From Glaciecola sp. (GTDB taxonomy: Bacteria; Pseudomonadota; Gammaproteobacteria; Enterobacterales; Alteromonadaceae), in contig CBFIAR010000002.1 in the NCBI GenBank assembly GCA_965660625.1, positions 12,946 to 76,945 of the forward strand: a stretch of DNA of 64,000 nt, written 5' to 3'. The notes below the pieces were generated by a model, which made no database searches, was not told the DNA's origin, and saw only the letters and a list, made by a program, of their open reading frames with translations. The position numbers were made by a program, and so were the translations under genes. Shown piece by piece: positions 61,230 through 64,000 of the stretch. The number at the start of each line of letters is the position of its first letter. The first letter of the stretch is position 1.

Positions 61230-63905
61230 GTGAAGTTAATAAAGAAGCTTATATTACTGACCATCCTAAGTTTTTTTCTAGGGGTCATTAGCGTCATAGG
61301 TATGTATTTTTATCTCAAACCAGAACTTCCTAGTGTGGAAGTGCTGCGAGAAGTGAAACTACAAACCCCCATGCGCATATTTACCCAAGACGGTAAATTA
61401 ATATCTCAATATGGGGTAAAGAGAAGGATACCGGTTTCTCTAGATGAAGTCCCCGAGGCCTTAGTACAGGCTTTAATCGCAACCGAAGATAGTCGTTTTT
61501 ATGAGCATATTGGTGTCGACCCTATTGGTGTGGCGCGCGCCTTCTTAAATTTAATTACGACAGGTGAACGAGGGCAGGGAGCGAGTACCTTAACGATGCA
61601 AATGGCTCGCGGTTTCTTCTTAACTCGAGAAAAGAAGTTTAGTCGCAAAATTAGGGAGTTATTCATTGCACTGCATATGGAGCAGGAATTAAGCAAAGAT
61701 GAAATTCTTGAATTATATCTCAACAAAGTTGAACTAGGACATCGTGCTTTTGGTTTTGGCGCCGCCGCTCAGGTTTACTATGGAAAAAACTTAAATCAAT
61801 TAGATTTAGCCCAAATTGCAACGTTAGCTGGTTTACCACAAGCACCATCGACACTTAACCCGATTAGTCGGCCGGAACGCTCAAAAGAGCGTCGGCGTAT
61901 CGTTTTGTTGCGTATGATGGATGAAGGTTATATCAATAGACAGCAATTTGATGAAGCTGCGCAAGCCCCTGTGACGGCGAAGAAGCACGGTGCTGAATTG
62001 GCGCTTGATGCTCCTTATTTGGCTGATCTCATCTATAACGAGATGGTTGAAATTTACGGTAAAGAAATAGCAGAAACGAGTGGTTTTAAGGTGTATGCGA
62101 CGGCCAGTTACGAGATGCAAAAGGCGGCGCAAGATGCGGTTATCCAAAACTTACATGATTATGATGAAAGACATGGGTTTAGAGGCCCTCTGGCGCAACT
62201 GTGGGAGCCACTTCCGCGCGAGGCCGTCAAACCCAATCTGCCAGTTGAAGGTTCTGAACAGTCTGATCTTGCATCAGCAGACACGCGAGCTCCCTCTAAT
62301 AAAAACGCTTGGTCTGTTGAAAAAGTCACCGCTTACCTCGATAGCGTTGATGAAATAAAACCTTTAATGCCGGCGGTGGTAATGGCAGTTCAGGAAAAAA
62401 CAGCAGAGGTGATTATTTCTGATGGGCGAATAATAACACTAGTTTGGGATGGACTGGATTGGGCTAGGCCTTATATTAGCGATCAGTCGCAAGGTGATGA
62501 CCCTGAGTACGCTACAGATATCCTTGCAGACGGCATGCTGATATATATCCGAAAGCGTCCTGAAGACGGTGTTTGGCAATTAGGGCAATTCCCTGATGCA
62601 ACAGGTGCCTTGATTGCACTTGATCCAAATGATGGTGCTGTAAAGGCCGTTGTGGGCGGCTATAGCTTTTATCAAAGTCAATTTAACCGAGCCACGCAAG
62701 CGAAACGCCAAGTAGGTTCAAACATAAAGCCATTTGTCTATGCCGGTGCCCTTGAAAGTGGCTATAGTCTAGCAAGTATTATTAATGATGCTCCTATAAA
62801 TCAATGGGATAGCTCATCGGGTGTGGCTTGGCGACCACAAAATTCGCCAGCAGTTTACGAGGGCCCTATACGGATGCGTGTCGCTATGGGTATGTCAAAA
62901 AATGTCGTTTCTGTTCGTTTGTTGCGAGGCGTTGGTTTAGACGAAACGGTTGATTATATTACGCGTTTTGGATTCGACAAAGACGACATACCCATTGACG
63001 AAACTTTGTCCTTAGGGTCGGGTTCGCATACGCCTATCGAGGTTGTTTCCGGTATCGCTGTTTTAGTGAATGGTGGTTTTGCAGTTCGTCCTTATTTTAT
63101 TGAGCGTATTGAGAATGATTTGGGTGAATTATTGTGGCAAGCAGAGCCTGTTTACGCTTGCAACCCATGCGATGTTGACTCTTCGGAACAAGAGTCTGTA
63201 GAAGAAGCACGAGACATTGAAGCGATGCTTGCCGCAGAGTTTGGTGGAGAAAAAACAAATGCCACTGTTAAAGCGAGGGTAAAACAATCCGCAGAACAAG
63301 TCATTAGTCCGCAAACTGCGTTCTTGGTAACAGAGATGATGCGTACCGCAGTCAAAGCAAACGGCAATTGGAATAATAAAACATATTGGTTAGGTACCGG
63401 TTGGCGTGCAAAGAACTTGCTACAGAGAGACGACATAGGCGGTAAAACAGGGACGACAAATGACTCTAAAGATACATGGTTTAGTGGCTTTGCTGGAAAT
63501 TTAGTGGCGACGACATGGGTTGGATTTGATGATGCCTCGCGTCAACTAGGCCGAGCGTCGAGAAATCAAAATTTAGTCAACAAAAACCCAGAGAAATTTA
63601 ATTGGATTGGGAATGCTGTTATTGGTGTTGAAGATGGTGCTAAAGGAGCTCAACCTGCGTGGATTCGATTTATGCAGGATGTACTGAAGGATAAACCTGA
63701 AGTGCAAAAGCAAATTCCAGAAGGTATTGTGCGAGTAAGAATTGATATTAAAACAGGCAAGCTTACCAAGCGAACAGACCATACTGCTATGTTTGAATAC
63801 TTTAAAGTTGGATCTGAACCAACCACTTATGTGACCGATGATGAGTTATCATTACCGATAGATGAAGAAAATCTGGAACAACCCAAAGAAGAAGATATCT
63901 TTTAA
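61230..63905 (+). CDS. mrcA: Penicillin-binding protein 1A
   Basis: EDSRFYEH, QGASTLTMQ, SNIK, SKN and KTGTTN motifs; divergent from pilM. Confidence 0.96.
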   Translation: MKLIKKLILLTILSFFLGVISVIGMYFYLKPELPSVEVLREVKLQTPMRIFTQDGKLISQYGVKRRIPVSLDEVPEALVQALIATEDSRFYEHIGVDPIGVARAFLNLITTGERGQGASTLTMQMARGFFLTREKKFSRKIRELFIALHMEQELSKDEILELYLNKVELGHRAFGFGAAAQVYYGKNLNQLDLAQIATLAGLPQAPSTLNPISRPERSKERRRIVLLRMMDEGYINRQQFDEAAQAPVTAKKHGAELALDAPYLADLIYNEMVEIYGKEIAETSGFKVYATASYEMQKAAQDAVIQNLHDYDERHGFRGPLAQLWEPLPREAVKPNLPVEGSEQSDLASADTRAPSNKNAWSVEKVTAYLDSVDEIKPLMPAVVMAVQEKTAEVIISDGRIITLVWDGLDWARPYISDQSQGDDPEYATDILADGMLIYIRKRPEDGVWQLGQFPDATGALIALDPNDGAVKAVVGGYSFYQSQFNRATQAKRQVGSNIKPFVYAGALESGYSLASIINDAPINQWDSSSGVAWRPQNSPAVYEGPIRMRVAMGMSKNVVSVRLLRGVGLDETVDYITRFGFDKDDIPIDETLSLGSGSHTPIEVVSGIAVLVNGGFAVRPYFIERIENDLGELLWQAEPVYACNPCDVDSSEQESVEEARDIEAMLAAEFGGEKTNATVKARVKQSAEQVISPQTAFLVTEMMRTAVKANGNWNNKTYWLGTGWRAKNLLQRDDIGGKTGTTNDSKDTWFSGFAGNLVATTWVGFDDASRQLGRASRNQNLVNKNPEKFNWIGNAVIGVEDGAKGAQPAWIRFMQDVLKDKPEVQKQIPEGIVRVRIDIKTGKLTKRTDHTAMFEYFKVGSEPTTYVTDDELSLPIDEENLEQPKEEDIF

Positions 63906-64000
63906 GCATCTTCACCATTTTGAGTTGTTGTAAGTAAAACTCGATATTACGATTTTATGCGTGTCCTCGGTAGGCTTTGTGGGAAGGTTAGCAAGTCCCA

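Overview
Chromosomal window from a marine gammaproteobacterium, most likely Alteromonadaceae (Glaciecola/Alteromonas-like; inferred from gene order and protein similarity). Most of it is ordinary core genome: 5' part of phaC, mrcB, glnK-amtB, ggt-DyP-ABC transporter, cheV, efpL, a class III cyclase, hemL, pyrB, an RND pair, parC, a rimK operon, astCAD-DUF1338, pabA-trpS-rpe, a TorF-like porin, dam-damX-aroB-aroK, pilMNOPQ and mrcA. The exception is a roughly 10 kb patchwork island directly after the amtB terminator (about 6715-16590). It holds a doubly truncated alpha/beta-hydrolase, a small orphan ORF, a PAPS-dependent sulfotransferase, a non-IntI tyrosine recombinase broken by an internal deletion, a ParD/ParE toxin-antitoxin pair, an IS91/ISCR relic, the tail of a sarcosine oxidase operon, a P-type ATPase and an exonuclease III gene. 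In the left half of the island, short (about 26-30 bp) imperfect palindromic sites lie just downstream of gene stops and form a dense run of apparently empty sites beside the recombinase. I interpret this as a decayed integron-like cassette array that does not use IntI or attC; this is the main candidate for an undescribed system and is an inference needing database tests. Other points: two NtrC/sigma54 promoters (glnK-amtB and the porin), a structured amtB 3' trailer that may be an sRNA, tandem ARG boxes before astC, and several unannotated gene relics. No rRNA, tRNA or CRISPR array was seen. All family assignments are by eye from motifs, without database searches.
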